In this document: positions 36,472 through 49,213 of the stretch, piece by piece
Position numbering within the stretch: position 1 is the first letter of the stretch
Layout: every line of letters starts with the position of its first letter
Position numbers and translations under genes: made by a program
Notes under the pieces: model-generated
Databases searched by the model: none
What the model was told of the DNA's origin: nothing
What the model saw: only the letters and a program-made list of their open reading frames with translations
Origin: Scyliorhinus canicula
Taxonomy: Eukaryota
Assembly (NCBI RefSeq): GCF_902713615.1
Contig: NC_052162.1
Coordinates: 130,534,653-130,598,652 of the forward strand
Length of the DNA stretch: 64,000 nucleotides
Direction: 5' to 3'

Positions 36472-37779
36472 ATGATGGATATCACTGGGCCATTAGAGAG
36501 TCTCGATCACCAGACCAGCCTTGTTAATACCTTCTCTGCCCTGTTCAACAAGGAGGATTTCAGCGACATCAAACTGATTGTGAACAAAAAGCTCACACTG
36601 AACGCCCACAAGTTCATCCTGGTCGTGCGTAGCGACGTCTTCAGGACCCTGCTGGACACTGAGCGTTGGTCGGATGCTAAAGACCAGACTGTCCACCTCA
36701 CTGAGGAAGAGGAGTGCCTGGATCACTTCCAGGATTTCCTGAGGTATCTCTACAGTGGGAGTGTCACCCTCAGCACTGTCAATGTGCTTCCCCTTCACCT
36801 TCTGTCAGAAAAGTACAACGTCCAGGAGCTGAGAGAAAGCTGCCAACAGTTTATGTTGGCCAATGTGGCTGCCCCGGGCTCCTCCAACTGCGCCATCACA
36901 TGGCAGAGATATGCCAAGCTGACTGGCCTAACCCAACTGGAAGAGAAATGCCTCAGTTTCACAACCTGGAACATTGACACCATCATAGAGTCCCCAGACT
37001 GGATATCGATGGAACCTCACCAACTCTCTGCTCTCCTCCAAAGATCTGACCTGGTGGTGGAAGATGAAGTGGTCCTTTTCCAAGCCCTGGTGAGTTGGCT
37101 GTCCCTGCATCCTGCCCATACTGAGGAAATGCTGCAACACATTCACTATCCTATGATGCCCCCAGAGAAACTGTTTGATCTCCAAGCCCCAGGGGCAATA
37201 TCTACCTACCTGCACCAGGAGAGCTTGCTGGTCTACCAAGTGCATCTTTTGCCCATGGATGCCATCAGCCAGCGCCATGATATCACCACCATCCCATTTA
37301 CCATGAGACTATATACGTCAGGACGTTGTAGCCACCTCTGGGACATCACAGGATATCAGCAAATGAGTAAAATTTTGATGGCGACATCGTTCTCAACCAC
37401 CCATTTCAAACTGACGACTCAATGGCATGTTACCTTTTTCCCAAAAGGTCAAAGTATCTCAGCTAAGCGGCGAAGGAACAATTATATCTATCGCATGGGT
37501 TTTGATGAAGTTTGTCAAGACAATGACTTTTCAACTCGCTCTGCCTCGGTGAACAACCGTGATCCGGCTGGCAAGACACATTCTCACAAACTGAGCATTC
37601 TGATTTATCGATGTGACAACAGTGTGTGGTTTGTGGGTGATGTGACGGCCCTTGAGGTCCCACACTCGGGCAATGCCGAGTTTGCAGATCTAATCCCCTT
37701 GTTGGAGCGGGACAAGTACATCAGCAATGACACAATGAAGCTGCACCTCATCGGAGAGACCACCTGGGAGAAATGTTAG
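36472..37779 (+). CDS. BTB/POZ-BACK protein (BTBD17-like) with MATH/TRAF-like C-terminus, single coding exon, 435 aa
   Basis: BTB: FSDIKLIV, AHKFILVVRSDVF, FLRYLYSG, LSEKYNVQELRESC. BACK: WISME..LLQRSDLVVEDEVVLFQALVSWL, IHYPMMPPEKL. Acceptor-like CTGACAG immediately before the ATG; AATAAA at ~37944. Confidence 0.9.
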   Translation: MMDITGPLESLDHQTSLVNTFSALFNKEDFSDIKLIVNKKLTLNAHKFILVVRSDVFRTLLDTERWSDAKDQTVHLTEEEECLDHFQDFLRYLYSGSVTLSTVNVLPLHLLSEKYNVQELRESCQQFMLANVAAPGSSNCAITWQRYAKLTGLTQLEEKCLSFTTWNIDTIIESPDWISMEPHQLSALLQRSDLVVEDEVVLFQALVSWLSLHPAHTEEMLQHIHYPMMPPEKLFDLQAPGAISTYLHQESLLVYQVHLLPMDAISQRHDITTIPFTMRLYTSGRCSHLWDITGYQQMSKILMATSFSTTHFKLTTQWHVTFFPKGQSISAKRRRNNYIYRMGFDEVCQDNDFSTRSASVNNRDPAGKTHSHKLSILIYRCDNSVWFVGDVTALEVPHSGNAEFADLIPLLERDKYISNDTMKLHLIGETTWEKC

Positions 37780-38023
37780 ATGATGAAGATGAAATTCATT
37801 TGAAGTCATGAAGAGTTTTCATAGAGTGTGATAGATTATTGATTTATTTGATGTCTCTAGGTACTGATTGAGTACATAGCTAAAGAATAGAATTATTCAA
37901 AAGGCCATAACCGCAAAAAGATAGTAATTGTTTCAGATGATGAATAAACTATTGAACTTTAGGGTCATGTCTGCAGAAATACAGACATTGTTTCAATGAA
38001 TGTCTCACTTATGTATCAGGGAA

Positions 38024-38870
38024 TGTTTCATAAAATGAAAAGACTATTGCATTCAGTGCACTTGGTAATAAAAATGCATCAATTAATTAGTTACATTAAG
38101 GTCTGTGGCCAGCAGTGGTGTAGGAAATTTATTCTCATGAGACTGGCCTGGACTAACTTTGATAGGCATCAGTAAATCTTTTTTTAAAATAAATTTAGAG
38201 TACCCAATTCATTTTTTCCAATTAAGGGGCAATTTAGCGTGGCCAAGCCACCTAACCTGCACATCTTTGGGTTGTGGGGGCGAAACCCACGCAAACACGG
38301 GGAGAATGTGCAAACTCCACACGGACAGTGATCCAGAGCCGGGATCGAATCTGGGACCTCAGCGCCGTGAGGCAGCAGGGCTAACCCACTGCGCCACCGT
38401 GCTGCCCTGACATCAGTAAATCTTAAGTAACGACCAATGGTTGATTAATAAATCATGCTCTAAGTAACAAACATCTTGAACAAATCAGGATGTCTCAGCT
38501 GAGAATTAGAAGCCAATGAGAGTAAATGAGGGATTAGACCATAGAAAAGGATTCTCTTAAAAGTAGGAGCTCGTGGGCGTGGTTTTGTTCCTGAATTTCT
38601 GCCTTCCTAAATTTTTGAATTATCTATTTGTTTGTGATTTCTTCATGCTTTTATGCTTAATGTTTTTTGTTTAACCATGTCTTTGACCCTTGTACGTATT
38701 GTTTGATATTTCATTTCTAAATTTTGATTCAGTTCTTTTCAAGTGCATGCAAGTGAATAATTATCAATAAAGTTGTACTTTGGGCACCTCCAATCAACCG
38801 GACTATCAACTCTTATTAGAAGATAAAATAAGAGATCCCATAGAGTGGTTGGGGAGAAATTGTTCCAACT
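38024..38870 (+). mobile_element. Solo-LTR-like repeat containing a short V-SINE (38179-38407,-)
   Basis: Homologous to 60702-61330. The SINE is flanked by TSD CATCAGTAAATCTT (38167, 38411). Confidence 0.65.
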
Positions 38871-38920
38871 GGCAAGAACCAGAGCATGGACAGATTTAAG
38901 ATAATCTGCAAACATTTTTA

Positions 38921-39552
38921 TCATACAATTCCTACAGTGCAGAAGGAAGCCATTTGGCCCATCGAGTCTGCACCAACCCTCCGAAAGAGCACTCTACCTA
39001 GGCCCAATCCCCCACCTTATCCCACCTAACTTGCGTAAGGGTGGCACAGTAACACAGTGGTTAGCACAGTTGCTTCACAACACCTGGGTCCCAGGTTCAA
39101 TTCCCGGCTTGGGTCACCGTTTGTACGGAGCCTCCACATTCTCCCACATGCTGCACATGCTGCGTGGGTTTTCTCCGGTTGCTCCGGTTTCCTCCCACAA
39201 GTCCCGAAAGCATGCTGTTAGGTGAATTGGACATTCTGAATTCTCCCTCTCTGTACCCGAACAGGCGCCGGAATGTGGTGTCTAGGGGATTTTCACAGTA
39301 ACTTCATTGCAGTGTTAATGTAAGCCCACTTGTGACAATAATAAAGATTATTATTATTATGTTTCAACACTAAGAGGCAAATTAGCATGGCCAATCCACC
39401 TGCACATTTTTGGAATGTGGAAGGGATCCGGAGCACCCGGACAAAACTCGCACAGACACAGGGAGAACATACAAACTCCACACAGTCACCGAAGGCCAGA
39501 ATTGAACCCAGGTCCCTGATGCTGTGAGACAACAGTGCTAACCACTGTGCCC
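38921..39552. mobile_element. V-SINE(-) interrupted by V-SINE with T2 tail (39038-39359,+)
   Basis: Halves at 38921-39030 and 39367-39552 rejoin; the insert ends AATAAAGATTATTATTATT. Confidence 0.8.
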
Positions 39553-39633
39553 TTGTGCAACATGTCTCTGCTGATAGTAAACTTGGACCTTTTAAGTTTA
39601 AATTAATTAGTAATTTCTCTGTTTAATTTACGC

Positions 39634-40620
39634 CATGATGTGGAGATGCCGGCGTTGGACTGGGCTGGGCTCAGTAAGAAGCCTGAAAATATCAGGTTAA
39701 AGTCCAACAGGTTTGTTTCAAACACTAGCTTTCGCAGCGCAGCTCCTTCCTCAGGCGAATGAAGAGATGGGTTCCACAACTACATATATAGACAAAGTCA
39801 ATGATGCAAGATAATACTTTGAATGTGAGTCTTTGCAGGAATAAAGTCTTCAGAGGTCCAGACGGAGCGACTGGAGAGAGGGATATTCACAGGTTAAAGA
39901 GGTGTGAATTGTCTCAAGCTCGGATAGTTGGTAGGATTTTACAACCCCCGGCCAGATGATGTGGGGTGAATATAATGAGACATGAATCCAAGGTCCCGGT
40001 TGAGGCCGTACTCATGTGCGGAACTTGGCTATCAGTTTTTGCTTGGCGATTCTGTGTTGTCGCGCGTCCTGAAGGCCGCCTTAGAGAACGCTTACCCGAA
40101 GATCAGAAGCTGAATGCCCTTGACTGCTGAAGTGTTCCCCGACTGGAACGGAACATTCCTGTCTGCCGATTTTTGCGCGATGTCTGTTCATCCATTGTCA
40201 CAGCATCTACGTGGTCTCGCCAATGCAGAACCTCATGATGCTCCACTTCTCTAGCTTCCACCTGAAACACATTAAAGAAGCCATCCCCTATGGACAAGCC
40301 CTCCGTATACACAGGATCTGCTCAGACGAGGAGGAATGTAACAGACATCCTTCAGGATGCACAACAACGCAGAATCGCCGAGCAGAAACGTATAGCCAGG
40401 TTCCGCAAGCATGAGTACGCCCTCAACCGGGACCTGGGATTCATGTCTCATTACATTCACCCCCCACCATCTGGCCAGGGTTTGCAAAGTCCTACCAACT
40501 GTCCTGGCTTGAGACAATTCACACCTCTTTAACCTGTGATTATCACTCTCTCCAGTCGCTCCGCCTGGACCTGTAAAGACTTAATTACCTGCAAAGACTC
40601 GCATTCGCTCGCATTCAAAG
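39634..40620. mobile_element. Penelope-like element relic with inverted segments
   Basis: pLTR and endonuclease C-terminus on minus (39634-40220). Plus strand encodes FSSFHLKHIKEAIPYGQALRIHRICSDEE (RT thumb) and RRIAEQKRIARF..LNRDLG. Hammerhead-like motif at 39723-39757(-). Confidence 0.82.
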
Positions 40621-40689
40621 TTTCAAGTCTTCTTATTTTATGCCAGACCACATCTATGTTTACATTAGTTATACTCTGGCCTGTGTTTT

Positions 40690-42830
40690 ATAGCCCCACC
40701 ACAGCATGTCTTAAACCAACCATATAAATCCACCCAAGAAAGAAACACCCTTTCCCCAGCAATAAGAACTAGCCCCCCCCCCCCTCTCCTAGCAGCTGAT
40801 GGTGACTAGTTCTTTAAAGTAAGAAATTAATAGCTGCCACCTCGGGTAGGACCCCTCAATCAACCCCCTGGCAGTGTACTTGACCTTCTCCAGATGTAAA
40901 AATTCCATGAAATCACCCAAGCAGACCGAGGCACTGGGCGGATTAGGAGATCTCCATCCCAGCACAACTCACCTCTGAGCTATCAATAAGACAAAGACGT
41001 GGACATCCACCTTCACCCCCGGCAAGTCCAATACCCCGAAAATGGCCACTGAAAGACAAGGCTCCAGATCAGTTAGGAATTGCTAACACGGTGCGCAAGA
41101 AGGAGACCTAAAAACGTACCAGCTGGGGACATGACCAGAACATAGAAGTGTGGCTAGCTGGCCCTCGGGAACTGCACTCCTGAAACCACTCATCCTGGCC
41201 TTAGTTTGGAGAGCTCTAAGGGGGCAGCACAGTGGTGCAGTGGGTTAGCACTGCTGCCTCACGGCACCATGTTTACGTGGGTTTTGCCCCCACAACCCAA
41301 AGATGTGCTGGGTAGGTGGATTGGCCACGCTAAATTGCCCCTTCATTGGAAAAAAAATTAATTGGATACTCTAAAATTTATGTATCAAAAAGGTGAGCCC
41401 TATGTACCACCTTGAGCTGAATTTGACTGAGTTCGTGCACAGGTTGTGGAGTTTATCCTGCAAAGGGCCTCATGCCAAATATCCTCATCTAAAGGGGCAG
41501 CAGGGTAGCATGGTGGTTAGCATAAATGCTTCACAGCTCCAGGGTCCCAGGTTCGATTCCCGGCTGGGTCACTGTCTGTGTGGAGTCTGCACGTCCTCCC
41601 CCTGTGTGCGTGGGTTTCCTCCGGGTGCTCCGGTTTCCTCCCACAGTCCAAAGATGTGCGGGTTAGGTGGATTGGCCATGATAAATTGCCCGTAGTGTCC
41701 TAATAAAAGTAAGGTTAAGGGGGGGGGTTGTTGGGTTACGGGTATAGGGTGGATACGTGGGTTGAGTAGGGTGATCATGGCTCGGCACAACATTGAGGGC
41801 CGAAGGGCCTGTTCTGTGCTGTACTGTTCTATGTTCTATGTTCTAAAGTAGGTCCAAGTTCCCCCTCCCATTTTTCTCGCACCCCATGCAGTGGGGCTAG
41901 CTCCCTAGACAGGATTTGCCCATAGATACCTGAAATGCCTCCCTACTTCCACACCCACCACGAGACCCTATTAGTGATAGGATTCTTTTCAACAAGGAGG
42001 GTTGCGGAGCCGAGGGAAATGTCGGAGAAGTCTTTCGGACAAAACCATGTATTTGGAGCTAATGGAACGAGTCCGTCCTGGAAAGTTGAAACTTCATCGA
42101 GAGCTCCACCAAACTACCAAACCATTCCTCCACAAACATCCCCAAACCTCTCAAGGCCCCTTCCCTCCCACACGTTGAACGTTGCATCTAGACTTGATGT
42201 TACTGATGGGGCTAGCAATGATATGGAGCCCAATTTATAATACTGCCTAAATTGCCTCCATATCCTGAGAATGGACACCACCACCAGGTTCGAAGAGCAC
42301 CTCACGGGAGAGAAAGGGAGTGAGGCCATTGCCAAAGCCCTTAAACTAGAGCCTCCACAAGAGCTCACCTTCATCTGTCCCCATATAGAGCCCGGCTCCC
42401 CCATCCACTCCAGCACCTTATCAATGTTGGCCACCCATTAACCAAGGGCAACTTGGATAATGCTAGACTCCCTGACTGCCGCTCCCTCGGAAGGAAAGTC
42501 CTACGGATTCTTGGGGTCTTCCCCGCCCAAATGAAGGAGGCAAATAACTTCTTAATCCTATCAGAAAAAGATTTAGGAACCAAAATAGGAAGACACTGGA
42601 AAATAAATAAAAACCTTGGGAGGAGAGTCTGGATCCTGCCCGCCAAGGACTGTGGGAAGTTATTCCACTTCTCCAAGTTGGATCTCACTCTGCTCACCAG
42701 ACCAGCATAATTTAATCTGTGCAGCGATGGACAATCATGGGCCTCCCGGATGCCCAGATAATGACAGCCATCTCTGGCAAGATGAAAAGATAATATCCCC
42801 AGATTGGCTCCCCTCTCCGGGGCCTAACTG
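40690..42830 (-). mobile_element. Degenerate L1 ORF2 3' portion with nested SINEs (41221-41391, 41494-41844)
   Basis: WNNFPQSLAGRIQTLLPRFLFIFQCLPI, FIWAGKTPRI, LRIWRQFRQYYKL. Confidence 0.8.
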
Positions 42831-43514
42831 GAAAATGGGAGAGTGGTACAGTGGTTAGCACTGCTGCCTTACATGTCTGGATTCTTTCGGCAGCACACTA
42901 TTCGCTGGCGGCGGGATTCTATACTCCCACAGCTTGTCAATGGGATTTCCCATTGAAGCCGCCCCACGCAGCCAGCAAACCCGCAGGTGGGAGGGATACA
43001 CTGCCGGCGGAAAAATTGAACCGCAATGGCCAGAGAATTCCGGCCCATGTCTCTGTTTATATTTCATAGGGATCTATCTTAGCTATTGTTACATTAGACT
43101 CTGCAATGGGTTATATTACACAAGATCATTTCTGTGAAAAACTGCATTAGACCACATCTCAGTTTTAACTTTACAATAGACCCTTACTCACTAATGCGAC
43201 ACTAAATCATGTTCCCAACTGTAAGTAGGTCTGGGTGGCTAGACTTTAATTTAACTGGCCCATTTTTATGTTGTATCCAGCAATAACTAACAAGGTCAAG
43301 GAAACCATAAGGATCTCAACCCAAAACTAAAGAGGTCATTTTATTTTCTGCATTAAGCACATGTATTAATCAAATTACTCTATCAAGGGAGTAACCAGCC
43401 ATGAAACAGATGATTGTACAAATAATGAGCCTTGATTAAGTTATAAATAATGAATCAGTAATCATATTTGAAAGATTGCGGTTTCATTCAAAATTTGTTA
43501 CGTTCAATTATTAT

Positions 43515-44253
43515 GGGCGCGATTCTCCGCACTCCCGACGGTGCGGAGAATAGCGTGGCTCGTAAAATTTTACGGCCACGCTGTTCCGACGCCCTCCCGT
43601 TATTCTCCCCCCCCCCCCCACGCCCAACTCCCGATACGAATCGCTGCCGCCGTTTTTTTACGGCCGGCAGCGATTCTCAGCTGATGGATGGGCCGAGTTC
43701 CCAGCCCTTTACGGCTGTTTTTACGAATGGCAAACACACCTGGTCTGGCCGTTCGTAAAAACGGCCGTAAACTGTCGATTTTTAAAACCATGGCACCGAT
43801 TGGCACGGCAGTACCACGGCCGTGCCAAGGGTGCCATGGGCCCGCGATCGGTGGGCACCGATCACGGGCAGCGGGCCCGATGCCCGTGCACTCTTTGTCC
43901 TTCCGCCGCCCCGCAGTATCCATTCGCGGGGCGGCTGAGGGGCATCCCGGCCCGCGCATGCGCGGGTTTCGCGCAAATGCGCGATGACGTCATCCGCGCA
44001 TGCGCGGGTTGGAGTCTTCCAATCCGCGCATGCGCGGCTGACGTCATATGACGCGTCAGCCGGCGCTAACTCTGGCAAGCGGGCTTAACGAAATTCGTTA
44101 AGCCTGCGATGCCGGAGTTTACGGCGTCGGGATGCTAGCCCCGACCGGGGACCAGAATCAGTTCCCGGTCGGGAAGGGGGGGGGGCTGGCGTCAAACCCG
44201 CCCGGATTTGACGCCAGCCTTACGATTTCTCCCCATATGGGAGAATCGCGCCC
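43515..44253. mobile_element. GC-rich MITE, second copy (inverted relative to 28273-28920)
   Basis: TIR GGGCGCGATTCTCC at both ends; AT on both flanks. Confidence 0.85.
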
Positions 44254-44507
44254 ATGTCTCAGGGTTTGCGTGTGAAGTTGCAATTTCAGACAAATTCTGA
44301 AATCCTATTAATGAAGGATCCCTGATAAAGATCCTGAGGAAATGCACACCATGATCCTTTTGTTTGGCCCAGTGGATAGAGAAATAGTTTAAAACCAAGA
44401 AATTTGAACTCCATTATATTTCCGTCTGATGCACGGAGGCCAGGTACTTGTGACAAAGGACTGGTCAGATTAACCCTAGCAGCAGCTAGAGGCAAGAGGT
44501 TCAAAAG

Positions 44508-45387
44508 TTAAGTTCATAAGTTCATAAGATACAGGAGCAGAATTAGGCCATTTGGCCCATTCCGTCTGCTCCGCTATTCAATCATGGCTGATCTCATCCT
44601 GACCTTACTTCCACCGACCGGCCAATTTTCCATAATCCTGAAACGTATAACCAATTAAAAATCTGTCTAACTCCTCCTTAAATTCATTCACTGTCCCGGC
44701 ATCCAACGCACTCTGGGGTAGCAAATTCCGCAGATTCACAACCCTTTGGGAGAAATAGTTTCTCCTCAACTCCGTTTTAAGTTTGCTACCTCTTATCCTG
44801 AGAATATGACCTCTCGTTCTAGAATACCCTGCCAGAGGAGGCATCCACCCCACATCTACTTTATCCATACTTTTTATTATCTTGCACACTTCAACTTGAC
44901 CTCCCCTAATTCGTCTAAACTCTAGTGAGTACAGGCCTAGATTGTTCAATCTCTCTTCATATGACAAACCCCTCATCGCTGAAATCAACCTCGTGAACCT
45001 CCTAAATTAACTTAAATCCTGACTCTGACATAGATGATGGGCACTCAACGGTAGCATTGTGGTTAGCACAATCGCTTCACAGCTCCAGGGTCCCAGGTTC
45101 AATTCCGGCTTGGGTCACTGTCTGTGCGGAGTCTGCACGTCCTCCCTGTGTGTGCGTGGGTTTCCTCCGGGTGCTCCGGTTTCCTCCCACAGTCCAAAGA
45201 TGTGCAGGTTAGGTGGATTGGCCATGATAAATTGCCCTTAGAGTCCAAAATTGCCCTTAGTGTTGGGTGGGGTTACTGGGTTATGGGGATAGAGTGGAGT
45301 TGTTGACCTTGGGTAGGGTGCTCTTTCCAAGAGCCGGTGCAGACTCGATGGGCTGAATGGCCTCCTTCTGCACTGTAAATTCTATGA
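44508..45387. mobile_element. CR1 3' end (44508-45005,-) and V-SINE (45039-45387,+)
   Basis: GLSYEERLNNLGLYSLEFRR; SINE core. Confidence 0.85.
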
Positions 45388-47410
45388 AAAGCCAGGGCTC
45401 CGTAATGTTTAGCTCTCGGCCGCGTGCTGAAGACGCTCATTTGAGCCAAGAATCACATGTCCACCTCTGCAAGTGGGGTTGCACCTCAGATGGAACCTTG
45501 AGGGGGTAGCCCTTCACTGGATGATCACCCACACAAAGTTGTAAGAATCATTGCCCTGTGTTGTTAAGCAAACCTTTTTTCCATTAATAAATTTATTATC
45601 CAAAGAATACTATCTTGCCTTAATTAAGTCTTGTCTGAACCAATGTATTTTTTCCACAGGATGTGGGTGTCACTGGCTGAGGCAGCATTGCCTATTCCTG
45701 ATTGTCCGTGAGAAGGTGGTGATGAGCTGTTTTCCTGAACATCTGCAATCCATGTTACAATGAATGAAGAAAGTGTTATATATTACATTTCATATTTCTG
45801 GCAATAATGTTATTTAAAACTGTGGTTTAAAGTATATTCAGGCAGTGTGACTAGTAAAAATGTAATTAAAGAGTCATAAAAGGTGAGGAAATGATTGATT
45901 GTAACCATTTACCTGTTTACAGAGAGAAGGCTAATGGGATATTGATTCTGATTACTGGAGATTCCCTGGAGAGTTGATAAATTATGAGGGATTGTTTTTA
46001 GTCCCAGCTAAACAGGTGATGGGACATCTTAGTGGGATACAGATAATGTAATTAATGGGGGGAGCCAGGTCAGTCAGTATTTTGCAGTTTTGTCAAAGGC
46101 AGAGGTTAAGCAAAAGAGTCTGACAAGACAGAAGGATTTTCAGGAAGTTCCTGAAAAGGGTCTCTCTCTCTCCAAGTGACTGTACAGATATAAGTGGCAT
46201 TTGAACTGTATTGGGTTGCTTAATTGGAATTAATGGCAGGTGTAGATTGTAAATTAAAGTTTTGCCTTTTATTTAAGAACTGTTTGATAATTGGAAAGCT
46301 ATTTCATTGATCTTAATATGGTTAAATCTGTGTTTAGTTTCATCATAAAAGATACATGTTGGTCAGAGTCATCACTCCTTTCCTTGAAGTTCTACAAATT
46401 TCAAAATTATTGGAGGTTCTTGACCTATATCTCTGAGGCCTGGTCCGGTATCCGAAAGATGATTTGGAAGTACACCCACAGTGCTGTTAGGAAAGGAATT
46501 TACGAAGTCACTCACAGATTAGGGTGTCTGAGATCAGTTGTGTCACCGATATATGGGAAAGACAAAAATCTACATCGATCTGTTTAATTCAAAGCTGATT
46601 TTACATTGATCCAGAATACTACACTACGGCCTAGTTTTACGTGTTATTAACATCAGCAGAAAGAAACCTCAACTGTCAGAGCTGAAACATAGAACATTTA
46701 CTGAACAGCAGGAGACCATTCAGTACATTGTGTTGTGCCATTTGGAAAAGAGCTGTCCAGTCTAATCCTACTTTCCAGCTCTTGATCGGTCGCTCCGTGT
46801 GTTCCAGCATCTCAATTGCCTTTTTTTTAAGGTGATGAGGGTTTCTGCCTCTCCTGCCCTTGCATGCAATGAGTTCCAGATCTCCACCACTCTCCGGGTG
46901 AAAGAATCATAGAATTCCTATAGTGCAGAAGGCGGCCATGCGGACCATCGAGTCTGCACTGATCCTTCAATACATCACCCGCCCTAATCCTGAAACCCGA
47001 CCTAACCATTGGACATGAAGGGGCAATTTAATCACGGCAAACTCACCTATCCTGCACTATGGGAGGAAACCGGAGCATCCGGAGGAAAACCACACAGACA
47101 AGGGGAGGATGCGTAAACTCCACACAGGCAGTCACCTGAGGTCAGAATCAAACCCGGGTCCCTGGCTCTGTGAGGCAACAGTGCTAACCACTGTGCCACC
47201 ATAGCATTACACCACTAACCCCACTATTCCTTCAATTACTTGAAATCTACTCCCTCTGGTTATAATCTCCCTAAGGGAATAGATCCTTCCTATCCACTAT
47301 GTCCATGCCCCTCATAATTTTATACACCTCGGTCAGATGTCCCTTCAGCCTCCCCCACTTTACAGAAACAGCCTCAGTCTCTCCAATCTTTCATCATAGT
47401 TGAAATATAC

Positions 47411-47640
47411 CGGGGTTGTTGTAGATCAATTGGCTGGGCAGCTGGTTTGTGATGCAGAGTGAGGTTAACAGCGTGGGTTCAATTCCCGTACCGGCTGAGG
47501 TTATTCATGACGGCCCCACCTTCTCAACCTTGCCCCTCGCCTGAGATGTGGTGATCCTCAGGTTAAATCCACCACCAGTCAGCTCTCCCCCTCAAAGGGG
47601 AAAGCAGCCTATGGTCATCTGGGACTATGGTGAATTTACT
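47411..47640 (+). mobile_element. SINE with H2 head and T1 tail
   Basis: GGGTTCAATTCCCGTACCGGCTGAGG...GGTCATCTGGGACTATGGTGAATTTAC; tail-only copy at 60238-60377. Confidence 0.7.
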
Positions 47641-48361
47641 AAACAAAATACTCTGGCTGTGGTCTGACTGGCATTTTATTCAGCTCTTGCATAACCGCCT
47701 TCCTCTTGTAATAAAAACAGAAAATTCTGGAAAGTCATGGGTGTCATACTTCAGGAAGGATGTGATGTCATTGGCGAGAGTGAAGAAAAGACTCATGAGA
47801 ATGGTTTCTGGGATGAGGAACTTCAATTATGAAGATAGATTGGAGAAGTTCAGACTGTTTTCCTCAGAAAGAAGAGGGCTCAGAGGAGATTTGATCCAGG
47901 TATTCAGCATCGATGATGGCTCTGGACAGAGTGGATAGGGAGAAAATGTTCACACTCAGGAAAGGGTTGATAATGAGAGGGCACAGATTTAATATAATTC
48001 GTAAAAGAAGCAAAAGTGATGTGAGGAATGGTTAAGGTCTGGATTTCACTGCCTGAGAGTGTGGTGGAGTGAGGTTCAATTGAAACATTCAAAGGGGAAT
48101 CACTGTTATTTGAAAAGGAAGAATATGCAGGGTTACAGAAAGAAGGCAGGAGACTGGGATGAGAGGTGAGTTAATCATTCAGAAAGCTGGTGCAGACACG
48201 ATGGGCAAAATGGCCTCTTTCTGTGCCAAATAAATTTGAAACACTCAGCTGGTCTGGCATCAGTTTTAGAGAGAGAAACAGAGTTAGCATCTCAAATCTT
48301 CACCATATATCAACAGGAAATGCTGGAACTACTCGCTGTTGTTATACTTTGTGCCTTGGTT

Positions 48362-49213
48362 TGTTCCGACATCCTGGGCCAGTGCGCAGTCAATTCCAGC
48401 CCCACTTGACCCAGAGTCACAACAAGAATTAACCAATAATTCTTCAAAAAATGCCCAAAGATTGTCCCTTGGTTATCCAATAATTACAGACACCAGGTTT
48501 GTGAGTTTAAACACAATTATTGTTTATTTATCACATGAACTACAATGAAATATGCAGCAAATACAACTGGTTAACTATGACCTAATTTCCCACTTTAACT
48601 TGCCCCCCCCCCCAACTCTTCAGACACGCACACATGACAGACAAACACAGAGGAGAAGAAAGGGGTAAAAAAAAACATACGTAAAAGGGAAAAAGAGTCT
48701 TTGTTTCAAATGGTGGTTTCCAGCACCTCTCACTCCTCTTCAAGCTTTGCTTTCAATTCGGGGGTTTTGTTACCGTAGATTCATTCAGATCTCTGTTGTT
48801 TCAGAAATACAACACTCACAACCTTTCTGGAGAGAGCGTCCCGGTTTTTGTTTGCAGCCTGTAATGGTTTTCCTGCTTCCAGGAGTCAAATTGAGCTCCT
48901 TGGGACTCTGAAACTCATTCTATTGGGGTAGGATCCAATCATCACCTGTTACCGGGCAGAGTACAGCATTTTGGCCAATTCATTGGCCACCAGCCAATCA
49001 ATCAAACCAAGTCCCACCCCATCTCTCTCTGGTGCCAAAAAGTCGGAGGCCTCCTGTACAAACAAGTAGACTGTTCTCTCCTGTAATTTCTGAATTCCTC
49101 ACTCTTCTCCTCTGCTTGACTTGGACACATCACCATTGATACATGCATCAGAAATGATAACGGCACAATAAAAGAAAGGGCAAATAAGGGAATAAACAAG
49201 ATGGACCTTTACA
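48362..49213 (-). mobile_element. Solo-LTR-like element, uninterrupted paralog of 1227-4290
   Basis: TG...CA ends; collinear with 1227-1360 plus 3183-4290. Confidence 0.7.

Noticed and set aside
45774-46460. Further solo LTRs (also ~18484-18755 and ~57130-59370)
   Set aside because: LTR-like composition, but ends and TSDs could not be defined by eye.
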